Origin: Eledone cirrhosa
Lineage: Eukaryota
Direction of reading: 5' to 3'
Assembly: GCA_964016885.1 (NCBI GenBank)
Contig: OZ024742.1
Location: 38,874,001 to 38,938,000 of the forward strand
Length of the DNA stretch: 64,000 nucleotides
Made by a program: the position numbers and the translations under genes. Below, in pieces: positions 1 through 12,218 of the stretch. Under the pieces are notes generated by a model. The model was not told where the DNA came from. It saw nothing but the letters and a program-made list of their open reading frames with translations, and searched no databases. The first letter of the stretch is position 1; every line of letters begins with the position of its first letter.

Positions 1-69
1 TGTCGAGGCTTCCAAACGACTTAAAGATATTTACTTATTGTTCCACAATGCTTCAAGCAAACTTCAATA

Positions 70-74
<5 letters not shown>

Positions 75-165
<91 letters not shown>

Positions 166-254
166 GCCAATTATTGAATGTTCGAATCTAACTGACATGC
201 AAAAACATATATATAGGAATAAGGTAACCTCAAATCATAGTAGATTCAAATATC

Positions 255-342
<88 letters not shown>
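75..342. repeat. (TA)n (75-162) and (GA)n (261-342) microsatellites; many further pure or degenerate TA/TG/CA tracts occur up to ~18.9 kb
   Basis: Direct reading; these tracts explain the [12 protein letters not shown] ORFs. Confidence 0.98.
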
Positions 343-345
<3 letters not shown>

Positions 346-450
346 GGGTGGTGGTGGAACAGAAATGAAACATGGATAACAGGTTAAAATATAGTCTAGA
401 TAGATGTGAAGCAAAACGAGGATGTAGTTTATGGAACACCCAAATGATTT

Positions 451-903
451 AGAAGTCGACCTTAAGTAGGAGCAATAACATTAAAAAAGGTATGAACGAT
501 ACCGCAACACATTGTTTTGAAAATGTTGAAAGTAGGTTTATAAGTATGAATTTTTATGAGGTGTCTTAGTTGTCTCGTTGGTCTAGTGGTAGGTAGTAGA
601 GCCGGTGGAGATCCTGGTTTTTGATTCAATCCTGGTCAAGAAGTACGTGTAACCTTTTTCAATTTTTATTTTACAACGAATAGAAAAAAGCTGAAAAGGT
701 TTACCGGGAACCCTTCTCCCGGCCAGGATCGAACTTCAGACCAGGATTACCACCCTCTATAATTCCTCCTACTAGGCCACCGAGACAACTATAAAAGTAC
801 AACGAAAATTGATAATTGTAAACCTACTTTATCAAAATCAAAGTTAAAAAGGTTTGGTATCGTTCATGGCTAGAACTATTAATAATATTTAGGGTCGACT
901 TCT
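451..903. repeat. Imperfect ~450-bp foldback with a tRNA-like (Pol III A/B box) unit in each arm
   Basis: Complementary pairs AGAAGTCGACC/GGTCGACTTCT, ATGAACGATACC/GGTATCGTTCAT, AAAGTAGGTTTA/TAAACCTACTTT, TAGTTGTCTCG/CGAGACAACTA. + arm: TGGTCTAGTGG...GATTCAATCC; - arm: TGGCCTAGTAGG...GTTCGATCC. Confidence 0.75.
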
Positions 904-1063
904 GGTTATTATTGAAAGTCTCTGGATTTCGCAAAATACATAATATTTTTTATTGGAGAAGGTAAGATATTTTTCCGCAAAAAATTGATTGCGCTGTTTT
1001 GTTTCCACTTATGTATTTTGCGAAAATGTTATTTATTTATTATAAAAATTAAATGATAGCATC

Positions 1064-2922
1064 CTATATGTAGGAGGGCATCTCCTGGCAACCAATATAC
1101 AACACGTTTTCATTGATATTGCCATTAGTAGGAGGCAATTCTATATGTAGGAGGGCATCTCCTGGCAACCAATGTACAACACGTTTTCATTGATATTGCC
1201 ATTAGTAGGAGGCAATTCTATATGTAGGAGGGCATCTCCTGGCAACCAATATACAACACGTTTTCATTGATATTGCCATTAGTAGGAGGCAATTCTATAT
1301 GTAGGAGGGCATCTCCTGGCAACCAATACACAACACGTTTTCATTGATATTGCCATTAGTAGGAGGCAATTCTATATGTAGGAGGGCATCTCCTGGCAAC
1401 CAATACACAACACGTTTTCATTGATATTGCCATTAGTAGGAGGCAATTCTATATGTAGGAGGGCATCTCCTGGCAACCAATGTACAACACGTTTTCATTG
1501 ATATTGCCATTAGTAGGAGGCAATTCTATATGTAGGAGGGCATCTCCTGGCAACCAATACACAACACGTTTTCATTGATATTGTCATTAGTAGGAGGCAA
1601 TTCTATATGTAGGAGGGCATCTCCTGGCAACCAATACACAACACGTTTTCATTGATATTGTCATTAGTAGGAGGCAATTCTATATGTAGGAGGGCATCTC
1701 CTGGCAACCAATACACAACACGTTTTCATTGATATTGTCATTAGTAGGAGGCAATTCTATATGTAGGAGGGCATCTCCTGGCAACCAATACACAACACGT
1801 TTTCATTGATATTGCCATTAGTAGGAGGCAATTCTATATGTAGGAGGGCATCTCCTGGCAACCAATACACAACACGTTTTCATTGATATTGCCATTAGTA
1901 GGAGGCAATTCTATATGTAGGAGGGCATCTCCTGGCAACCAATATACAACACGTTTTCATTGATATTGCCATTAGTAGGAGGCAATTCTATATGTAGGAG
2001 GGCATCTCCTGGCAACAAATACACAACACGTTTTCATTGATATTGCCATTAGTAGGAGGCAATTCTATATGTAGGAGGGCATCTCCTGGCAACCAATACA
2101 CAACACGTTTTCATTGATATTGTCATTAGTAGGAGGCAATTCTATATGTAGGAGGGCATCTCCTGGCAACCAATACACAACACGTTTTCATTGATATTGT
2201 CATTAGTAGGAGGCAATTCTATATGTAGGAGGGCATCTCCTGGCAACCAATACACAACACGTTTTCATTGATATTGCCATTAGTAGGAGGCAATTCTATA
2301 TGTAGGAGGGCATCTCCTGGCAACCAATACACAACACGTTTTCATTGATATTGCCATTAGTAGGAGGCAATTCTATATGTAGGAGGGCATCTCCTGGCAA
2401 CCAATACACAACACGTTTTCATTGATATTGCCATTAGTAGGAGGCAATTCTATATGTAGGAGGGCATCTCCTGGCAACCAATACACAACACGTTTTCATT
2501 GATATTGCCATTAGTAGGAGGCAATTCTATATGTAGGAGGGCATCTCCTGGCAACCAATATACAACACGTTTTCATTGATATTGCCATTAGTAGGAGGCA
2601 ATTCTATATGTAGGAGGGCATCTCCTGGCAACCAATACACAACACGTTTTCATTGATATTGCCATTAGTAGGAGGCAATTCTATATGTAGGAGGGCATCT
2701 CCTGGCAACCAATACACAACACGTTTTCATTGATATTGCCATTAGTAGGAGGCAATTCTATATGTAGGAGGGCATCTCCTGGCAACCAATACACAACACG
2801 TTTTCATTGATATTGCCATTAGTAGGAGGCAATTCTATATGTAGGAGGGCATCTCCTGGCAACCAATACACAACACGTTTTCATTGATATTGCCATTAGT
2901 AGGAGGCAATTCTATATGTAGG
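1064..2922. repeat. 77-bp tandem minisatellite, 24 full copies plus a partial copy
   Basis: Unit CTATATGTAGGAGGGCATCTCCTGGCAACCAATACACAACACGTTTTCATTGATATTGCCATTAGTAGGAGGCAATT starts at 1064, 1141, 1218 ... 2912; copies are nearly identical. Confidence 0.98.
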
Positions 2923-3039
2923 TGGGCCCCCTTCATCTCCTTCCCTCCAGCTCAATGTAATTTCAGAATCAGTGAGATATGGCGAATCTTCTCATTACTT
3001 GCAATAATCCGTAAAAGTGTTTAAGAATAAAATTTTATG

Positions 3040-3338
3040 TACTCTCGGATCCCAAATAATAAGGGTGTGGTGGTGTGGAATAAGTGGGGTGTGGACATTT
3101 GCTTAAATTCTTATAAGTGGGTCGGTGGGGATAGGTAATTGTATAGTGTACGTTCGTAAATATAGAATTTCTTGTAATGTTCTTTTTTTTTGTCATATAT
3201 AATGATTTTTTAACGTAAAATAAAACAAGTATTAGATTCTCCAGCTGCTGTATCAATACAATTTCGCCGGGGATAGAGTAGCAAAATTTAATAAGCGGGA
3301 TTGGGAGGGGGCTATTATTCTAGACCTACCTGAGAGTA
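3040..3338. mobile_element. Probable MITE with TA-flanked imperfect terminal inverted repeats
   Basis: Left end TACTCTCGGATCCCAAATAATAAGGG; right end reverse complement TACTCTCAGGTAGGTCTAGAATAATAGCCC; internal ATAAG(T/C)GGG repeats. Confidence 0.5.
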
Positions 3339-3588
3339 CGTAAATCCGACGTGGTGGGCTTATAAATAATAAGTGGGAAAAAAGCCAAAATGAAAAATTA
3401 ATTCATTTTATTCTTCTGACACGTTTATAATGAAAAAAAAAAAAAAAAAATTATAGTGAATAACCTTGCTAAAAGCACATATATAGATGTGTCCATATAT
3501 CGCAATCTGAGAATTTACTCATGGAATTACATATCAATTCTATTCATTTTTGTGTCTTCAGAGAAAGCAAAAATGTTTAAGTAAGTAA

Positions 3589-3900
3589 TTGCCACTTGCA
3601 GCGACACTTTCTCCAGCCGCAACCTGGTGCAGTCTGCGACTAACCCAGGTTCTGCTGCACGTCGGGCTGAGGAGGCCAAACTCTCCAAGTACCGGTCGCT
3701 CTCCGACAGGTTCGCGGTCGTGCCCTTGGCAGTGGAGACTTCTGGTGTCCTTGGCCCTAGGGCTACCTCCCTACTCACCACCATAGGCGCTGAGCTAGCC
3801 AGCAGCAGGTGCGAGCCTCGCGAGTTGGAATGGCTCTTCTAGCGCATCTCCCTTACCATCCTCCGGGGAAACGCCTTCTCCATCTTGTCCGCCGAGGCTG
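3589..3900 (+). pseudogene. Restriction-like endonuclease domain fragment of a CRE-clade-like non-LTR retrotransposon
   Basis: GC-rich island translating ATCSDT...GSAARRAEEAKLSKYRSL...PLAVETSGVLG...WLF*RISLTILRGNA, matching the TCxDT..AE..K..KY..P.AVET.G..QRGNA pattern; in-frame TAG at 3840-3842. Confidence 0.75.
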
Positions 3901-3966
3901 TGGGGAGGCCAGCACGTGGGACCCCATTTGCTCACCATACGGATTAATAGGCAAAGTTATAAACTA

Positions 3967-4110
3967 TCTATATATAAAAAACTGAGTTGTCTGTGTGTGT
4001 CCTCATTTTTGCAAAGTCTATACAAATCCACATTTCTACTCCGATTGACTTCAAACTTGTATTTATATATTCCTTGCGGTCTAAAGATATTAACTGCAGC
4101 TTTTATTTTT
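3967..4110 (+). mobile_element. Helitron-like 5' end fragment
   Basis: A|TCTATATATAAAAA...GTCTGTGTGTGT...CCGATTGACTTCAAACTT resembles invertebrate non-autonomous Helitron 5' ends; no 3' end seen. Confidence 0.5.
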
Positions 4111-4224
4111 CAATTTTCTGTTGTTAAAGGGGTGTTATGCCCCGGTTATCCATCTCCGTCGCGCTCTTATAATATCTGTCTGTATGCCTGGCTGTCTGCA
4201 TTACGACATTCTGACGAACATTGC

Positions 4225-4419
4225 TGACGTATTATCTTCGCTATTTTCCGTACATTGCCAGGGAACGTCTTCACGAACCAAAGTATCTGTCTTCCTTCGG
4301 TTGCAACGTTTTTCGAAATATTTACTTCTGCGTTCACAGATCGATGTTTTTAGTTTCAGAAGATCCCGTTAAGGGTGAAAGCAACGATTCTTTGCTTAAA
4401 CTTTAATCTATTATTTTAA
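4225..4419 (+). mobile_element. PLE-type 3' end, family A copy 1
   Basis: Homologous to 8047-8250 and 9828-9950; ends shortly after an HHR motif. Confidence 0.65.
4352..4402 (+). ncRNA. Type I hammerhead-like motif with variant core CAGAAGA (family A)
   Basis: Stem I AGTTT/AAACT; CAGAAGA; T-CCC-GTTAA-GGG-T; GAAA; stem III GCAA/TTGC; CUU triplet. Confidence 0.7.
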
Positions 4420-4474
4420 TCTATATATGTATATAACTGAGGAAGGATGTATGTATATATGTGTATGTGTGTGG

Positions 4475-4513
<39 letters not shown>

Positions 4514-5081
4514 CCGAGAAGTACACAACAGATTTTTTCCAAACTTTATATGTGTATTACTTATGTTTCGGGGAGAGTTATGCACATAAAAAAAATTCAA
4601 CTTTTTGATCCCCTAGGGATTTTTATTCAGTAGATATCGTGCATTAGGTGAAAAACTGCGTTTTTTCAGCTTTTTAGGGTATTTTTGAGGCGTTACGTCA
4701 GACTTATTTCTTCTTCATACCGTGAGCAAAAAAAATCCAACTTTTGTATGGCTTAGGACCCGCATTAGGTGAAAAACTTCATTTTTTTTCAGGTATTTAG
4801 GGCTTTATTAAGGCGTTACGTCTAGTCGATTTCCCGAAATTTCAAGGCATATTATCCATATAAAAAAAATTCATTTTCTTGATCCCCTAGGGCCCACATT
4901 AGGTGAAAACCTGCATTTTTCCTGCTTCATCGAGGAAAATCTTAAAGATTATCCAGCCATCAGAGTATTCGGTTTATTTTCTTTACATATTGTCCAGGCA
5001 TGCAGTTTTTCCACGATTAGGTCTGTTGGCGGCCCGCGTTCCAAAATACCTATCCGGTGCAACTCCGGGTACCACTGCTAG
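4420..5081 (+). mobile_element. Non-autonomous Helitron
   Basis: 5' TC after A(4419); internal (GT)n and subrepeats (CATTAGGTGAAAA x3); 3' hairpin CCGGTGCAACTCCGG followed by CTAG (5078-5081) then T. Confidence 0.8.
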
Positions 5082-5462
5082 TTGTAAATAAACTTGAGAA
5101 AGAGAAAAAGAAAGGGTTAAAAAAAGTCATTTTATAAACTTAAACACAAAAACACAAGAAAACATTCAAATATTAGAATATTTAACAGTTTTCAAACTAT
5201 TAACAAGTAATGTCCATAAATTGGCATCCTTACGTCACAACAGCTGCATGTTATATGATAAAAGATACATTGCTGTTAACCGTTAAAATGAAGACTTTAA
5301 ATGACAGTAACGTCATTATATCTACTCAAATAGAAGCGAAAGAGAAAATGAAAGATAAAAAGAAAAATAGAACGTGTTAGGTAATAGATTAGAATAAAAA
5401 TGTCTGCACGATATCTACTGAATAAAAAACATGAAGGGAATATTTAGATATATTAGAAATTA

Positions 5463-5560
5463 CACTGGGGAGCACAACTTTTGGTGACTAAGATGTCAGA
5501 CTTGTTTTGGAGCATATTGAGGTCACTGATTCTAAAAAGGACATTAGTTTTTATCCACCA
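5463..5560 (+). mobile_element. Chapaev3-like transposon terminus
   Basis: TTA|CACTGGG start; TTGGTGACTAAGATGTCAGAC...CACTGATTCTAAAA is similar to the reverse complement of 22225-22318. Confidence 0.5.
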
Positions 5561-5803
5561 GCTCTCCTTACAATATACGATGTATATATATATATATATA
5601 TATGTGTGTGTAAATGAAGTAATTCCGTCGGAAAAGACCAGGAAAAAAGAGTGCTCTATGTAGGTAACAGAGCTTAATAGTTATGTAATAAACAACATAA
5701 GGCAATTATTTCATTTACCAGTGGTCTCTTAAAAGCAAAAAAATGTTGCTCTCAATCATCAGAATGAAAAAATCCTGGCGTATTTATTGACGTTAATAAT
5801 ATA

Positions 5804-6631
5804 TATATTATAATTGAATATAAAAGAAAGATAAACACAGATATATACATATATGTGTTCAAATCGTAAGGGACCAGATTCGCTTGATTTATTCTTAAAT
5901 TGAGTCTGGCAAACCCTATTGTCTATAGTTAGTATTCTTTTCACCTTAGCGAATCTGGTCCCTTGCGATTTGAACACATATATGTATATATCTGTGTTTG
6001 TTTTTCTTTTATATTCAATTATAATATACGACTCGGAAAAATCTCTTTCCTAGAGCTATTTTATTGTAAGAGGCTATTTTCAGTTTCTAACTCCAAATAT
6101 ACCTTTGATATATTCGGCTCCGTTAATTTGTTGAGCTAATTTAAATGTCGAGTAAACTTTGCTGCTATTTTTAGTGGTGTGAGTTTGTGAGACACGCTAA
6201 GTTCTGATACCACGTGCGTTATTATATATACGCACACTATTCAGTTTTCTGATATACTTAGAAGTGACCAGGATTCTAATTCTTCACCCACTGATGAGCA
6301 AGAATCGGTATTCCTCTTCACACTTAATTTGCGAAACAGCATAGCCAAACGCTGTATGGGTGATTGGTAGTTACCACAATTCTCGTTTGTATTTATTTTC
6401 TTGATTTATTCTTAAATTTAGTCTGGCAAACCCTATTGTCCATAGTTAGTATTTTTTTTTCACCTTAGCGAATCTGGTCCCTTACGATTTGAACACATAT
6501 ATGTATATGTCTGTGTTTATCTTTCTTTTATATTCAATTATAATATACGGCTCGGAAAAATCTCTTTCCTAGAGCTATTTTATTGTAAGAGACTATTTTG
6601 AGTTTCTAACTCAATATATACCTTTGATATA
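5804..6631 (+). mobile_element. Non-coding retrozyme-like / PLE pLTR element: ~1.45 tandem copies of a ~517-nt unit with a 5' inverted segment
   Basis: Direct repeats 5883-6112 and 6400-6631; 5804-5884 is the reverse complement of 5948-6028; canonical HHR between the repeats; TA tracts on both sides. Confidence 0.8.
6284..6363 (+). ncRNA. Canonical type I hammerhead ribozyme
   Basis: Stem I TCACCCA/TGGGTGA; CTGATGA 6291-6297; stem II GCAA/TTGC; GAAA 6333-6336; stem III CAGC/GCTG; GUA triplet, predicted cut after 6356. Confidence 0.92.
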
Positions 6632-6633
6632 TG

Positions 6634-6690
<57 letters not shown>

Positions 6691-6693
<3 letters not shown>

Positions 6694-6925
6694 ATAATAG
6701 AACACTGGAGGGTTATATCCATTGTAGTAGAGCACCCAGTCCATGGGATGACTTTGGAAGAAGTAGTTCCACAACAGTTAGTTCACCATACCGTTTCTGC
6801 GCATGCGTATTCATACGGTTGTTTTCCTTTTCCGTACAACTTCACTCTGACTGAGCTGAAGATCAGCGAAAGGTGAAACATTTATTTTCGGCATGGTGAA
6901 CTAACTGTTGTGGAACTACTTCTAT
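6691..6925. repeat. Short PLE-like remnant with a ~30-bp inverted repeat
   Basis: GAAGTAGTTCCACAACAGTTAGTTCACCAT (~6760-6789) versus ATGGTGAACTAACTGTTGTGGAACTACTTC (6893-6922); flanked by TA and CA tracts. Confidence 0.6.
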
Positions 6926-6938
6926 ATATACATATAAT

Positions 6939-7067
<129 letters not shown>

Positions 7068-7127
7068 GGTATACTAGTAATCGGTTTCTGTTACTCGAGT
7101 TCATGGCCTGAGTAACGTGGATCGAGG

Positions 7128-7194
<67 letters not shown>

Positions 7195-7388
7195 TTATGT
7201 GTGTATATGTATGTGTGAGTGTGTATATATGTTTGTATATGTATATGCATGTGTGTGTTTCTATGTATGTGTGTATGTATGTGTATTTGTATGTATATGT
7301 GTATATGTATATGTATGTATGTGTATATGTGTATATATGTGTATATGTGTGTATATGTGTATATGTGTGTGTATGTATGTATATATAC

Positions 7389-7448
<60 letters not shown>

Positions 7449-7856
7449 ATAATAATAAATTTGAAGACTAAAATCCAAAGAGGGCTCGATAAGGATAAAT
7501 ATATATCAAATATATAAGAATCGTAGAGCAGTACGTATATGGATGCGTGTATGTATTTATTTAATTTCAATAACCTCTGTATTTTATTTACTTTATTCTT
7601 AACTCTGAAGCCGAGAATCATTCGGTTTCCTAGTTAGAATATTATTCTACGACTTCGGTTATACCATTTACGTGGTTTTGTCTTTGCGTGCAATTGTTCT
7701 CCACGCTCCACATATGACGAATTATCTTCGTTTTTTCCGTTCATTGCCCGAGAATGTCTCTATGAACCACCTAATAGAATATTAGTCTACGACTTCTTTT
7801 ATACCATAAACGTGGTTTTGTCTTTGCGTGTAATTGTTTTCACTGCACAAAATAAT

Positions 7857-8036
7857 TGTTTCTACTTTAGGCACAAGGCCAGCAATTACCCAGTGCATTA
7901 CTGGTACTTTATTTTATCGACCCCGTAAGGATGAAAGGCAAAGTCAACCTCGGCGGGATTTGAACTCAGATCGTAAAGGGACGTAACTATGGAAAGCATG
8001 GCGTCCGACCCTCTACTGATACTGCCAATTCACCGC
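7857..8036 (-). mobile_element. tRNA-derived SINE with a conserved Nin/Deu-like central domain
   Basis: Minus strand: A-box-like TGGCAGTATCAG, B box GAGTTCAAATC, core GACTTTGCCTTTCATCCTTACGGGGTCGATAAAATAAAGTACCAG; TSD (GC)ACAAAATAAT at 7845-7856 and 8035-8046. Confidence 0.85.
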
Positions 8037-8180
8037 ACAAAATAATGACGTTTATATTCGTTTTTTTTTTCGTTCTTTGCCAGGGAACGTTTCCACGAAC
8101 CAAAGTAACGTCTTCCTGTCTTCCTCCGGTTGCAACGTTTTTTGAAATATTCACTTCTGCGTTCACAGATTGACTTTGTT

Positions 8181-8231
8181 AGTTTCAGAAGATCCCGTTA
8201 AGGGTGAAAGCAGCGATTCTTTACTTAAACT
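8181..8231 (+). ncRNA. Hammerhead-like motif, family A copy 2 (stem III damaged)
   Basis: Same fold as 4352-4402 with CAGAAGA core; stem III GCAG/TTAC has a mismatch. Confidence 0.55.
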
Positions 8232-8242
8232 TTAATCTGTTA

Positions 8243-8325
<83 letters not shown>

Positions 8326-8337
8326 GTGTGTGTGTGT

Positions 8338-8369
<32 letters not shown>

Positions 8370-8559
8370 GTATATGTGCGTATATATGTATATGTTTGTA
8401 TATGTATATATATATATATATGTATGATAACTTTGATAACTTTGATAGGTTTCGGCCAGTATTGGCCCAGGCAATGTCTAACTTAATAGCACCACCTGGC
8501 GAAGTCTTACAAATCAGTGTACATGTATATATGAATGTATATGTATATATGCGTGTATA

Positions 8560-8590
<31 letters not shown>

Positions 8591-8633
8591 GTATATATAT
8601 GTATGTATGTATATATATATCTATATATCTATA

Positions 8634-8692
<59 letters not shown>

Positions 8693-8772
8693 ATATGTAT
8701 ATATATATGTATATATGTATGTGTGTATATATGGATATATATGTGTGCGTGTATGTATATATGTATATATAT

Positions 8773-9476
<704 letters not shown>

Positions 9477-9523
9477 ATATATGTATGTATAAATATGTAT
9501 ATATATATGTATGTATATATATA

Positions 9524-9602
<79 letters not shown>

Positions 9603-9760
9603 ATATATATATATAACATATATATGTGTGTATGTGTGTGTATATATGTGTATATATATATATATGTATATATACATGTATATGTGTGTGTATATGTATG
9701 TATATATATATATACATATATGTGTGTATATGTATATATATATATATATAATCATAATAT

Positions 9761-9946
9761 TAAATTTGAAGACTAAAATCCAAAGAGGGCTCGATAAGGA
9801 TAAATATATATCAAATATATAAGAACGGGTTGCAACGTTTTTTGAAATATTCACTTCTGCGTTCACAGATTGACTTTGTTAGTTTCAGAAGATCCCGTTA
9901 AGGGTGAAAGCAGCGATTCTTTGCTTAAACTTTTATCTGTTATTTT

Positions 9947-9950
<4 letters not shown>
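9761..9950 (+). mobile_element. PLE-type 3' end, family A copy 3
   Basis: 9761-9825 matches 7456-7519 and is joined directly to GGTTGCAACG..., homologous to 8128-8250. Confidence 0.65.
9881..9931 (+). ncRNA. Hammerhead-like motif, family A copy 3 (CAGAAGA core)
   Basis: Stem I AGTTT/AAACT; stem II CCC/GGG; stem III GCAG/TTGC with one G-U pair. Confidence 0.68.
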
Positions 9951-9984
<34 letters not shown>

Positions 9985-10385
9985 AAAGTTCTATTTGTTT
10001 TTCTTATTCCTTCCTTTTCTTTCTTTTTTATTTCCTCCTATCTTTATCTATCTCTTTCTTTTCTCCATACATTTCTCTCTTTCTCCGATATTTCTCCAGG
10101 TTTTCTTTCTCTTTTCTTTCTCTCTCTCTGTCTTTGCTCTTTCTTTCTCTCCGTCTTTTTCTAATTGTGCTTAACACTATGACTTATTATATAAACAAAT
10201 CACTATCCAGACAGACTCCAAAAGTAATGGTTGTATTTTAAAGGGTACGACAAACCTATTTGTAAAACTGTTATATATTGTATTTTGTCTGATGAAGGCA
10301 TACCATAATTTAATGTGGTATCCCTGAAATATGTATAATGAAATAAATATGGTTTTATAAATATAGTTTCCATTTATTAATATCG

Positions 10386-10418
<33 letters not shown>

Positions 10419-10466
10419 GTATGTATGTGAGTGTGTATGTGGACCCCACAACTTACTGTGGATATC

Positions 10467-10534
<68 letters not shown>

Positions 10535-10536
10535 AA

Positions 10537-10592
<56 letters not shown>

Positions 10593-10690
10593 TATACTTG
10601 TATGTGTGTATGTATATGTATGTATATATGTATGTGTGTATGTGTATGTATGTGTGTGTGTATGTATATATATACGTATATATATATATG

Positions 10691-10722
<32 letters not shown>

Positions 10723-10737
10723 TATGTGTGTATATAA

Positions 10738-10825
<88 letters not shown>

Positions 10826-10858
10826 ATATATATATATATGTGTGTATATATATATATA

Positions 10859-10946
<88 letters not shown>

Positions 10947-10949
<3 letters not shown>

Positions 10950-11646
10950 CGTTTCTGAACTTGTTTAGCAAGATTCTTTATCTGAAAATATAGTGTACAT
11001 AGGTGAAACAGCTTGTAGTATAGGGGAATGGATAAATGAATACTGGCAAGAGCTTCAAGATAGTAAAGAATCATCTGTACTCCACCAACATGCTAAAATA
11101 GAACATAAGGGGAAATTAGAAAACATAGAAATAAAAATAGAATCTACACACAGAAAAGACGCAATGTTTAGACAAATCACAGAGGCAATAAACATAAATG
11201 AACTCCAAGCAAAATTAAATAGAAAACCTGAATGGAATAGCAACATCACAACTTACAATTAAGGACAAAATGAAACCACACACACACATAGAACAAACAA
11301 CCAACCAGTAACATGTAAATAAACAAATAAATAAACAAATATAAACACACATAGACACCCGGATGTAACACATGCGCAAACTAAGCACACAACAAAAATA
11401 AGATGGCGTAGGACAGAACAAAGGAGAGGCACGAAAACAAAGAAAAGAATCCCCAGTCACTGAAGAGGTCACAGAATGTGTGACGAAATAACTTTGAGAA
11501 TATATAAACAATCGCCTGGTTGTGGAACCAACCAACCAACCGGAAATTTATAAATTCCTAAATTTATAAATTTAATTTATATTAAATTGAAGTGAAAGCA
11601 ACTGGTGCGTGTGTTTCTTATTGGCAACATGACTCTCCCAAAGCAT

Positions 11647-11652
<6 letters not shown>
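10947..11652 (+). mobile_element. 5'-truncated PLE, family B, with a GIY-YIG endonuclease remnant (10993-11262)
   Basis: YIGET...LHQH...H...RQITEAINI...LNRKPEW; 3' region with degenerate HHR; TA flanks. Confidence 0.85.
11455..11499 (+). ncRNA. Degenerate hammerhead motif (family B)
   Basis: AGTCA-CTGAAGA-g-GTCACA/TGTGAC-GAAA intact; stem III and the 3' strand of stem I are mutated. Confidence 0.5.
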
Positions 11653-11682
<30 letters not shown>

Positions 11683-11762
11683 TTGTGTATGTGTATTTAT
11701 GTATTTTGTATATGTGTATATATGTGTATATCTGTAGATGTGTTTGTATATGTTTGTATATG

Positions 11763-11829
<67 letters not shown>

Positions 11830-11832
<3 letters not shown>

Positions 11833-11947
11833 TTTTAATATAGATGAGATTCTACAGGACTAGAACTGTTTCATTCATTAGAAATCAGATGATTTCTAAT
11901 GAATGAAACAGTTCTAGTCCTGTAGAATCTCATCTATATTAAAACTT
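11830..11947. repeat. Near-perfect 118-bp palindrome made from the 3' half of a family C hammerhead and its downstream sequence
   Basis: Arms of ~58 bp around a GA loop at 11888-11889; right arm homologous to 12651-12700. Confidence 0.92.
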
Positions 11948-12009
11948 TTATACTCTGCTATGTATTGAGTACCTTACTGTGGTTACCTCCGATTCAACCC
12001 GGAATAACG

Positions 12010-12209
<200 letters not shown>

Positions 12210-12218
12210 GTGTCTGTT

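Larger units (their letters stand above)
7446..8250 (+). mobile_element. PLE-type 3' end, family A copy 2, with an internal tandem duplication and a nested SINE
   Basis: Duplicated unit at ~7629 and ~7770; shares 7453-7519 with 9761-9825; HHR near the 3' end; TA flanks. Confidence 0.65.

Noticed and set aside
570-790. Functional tRNA genes
   Set aside because: A/B boxes are present but I could not build a convincing cloverleaf or anticodon arm.
1064-2922. CRISPR array
   Set aside because: No unique spacers, no cas genes, eukaryotic context.
8436-8478. Minus-strand GGCCA-ATAC-TGGCC-GAAA as a hammerhead
   Set aside because: Only CTG remains of the core and stems I and III do not pair; at best a decayed relic.
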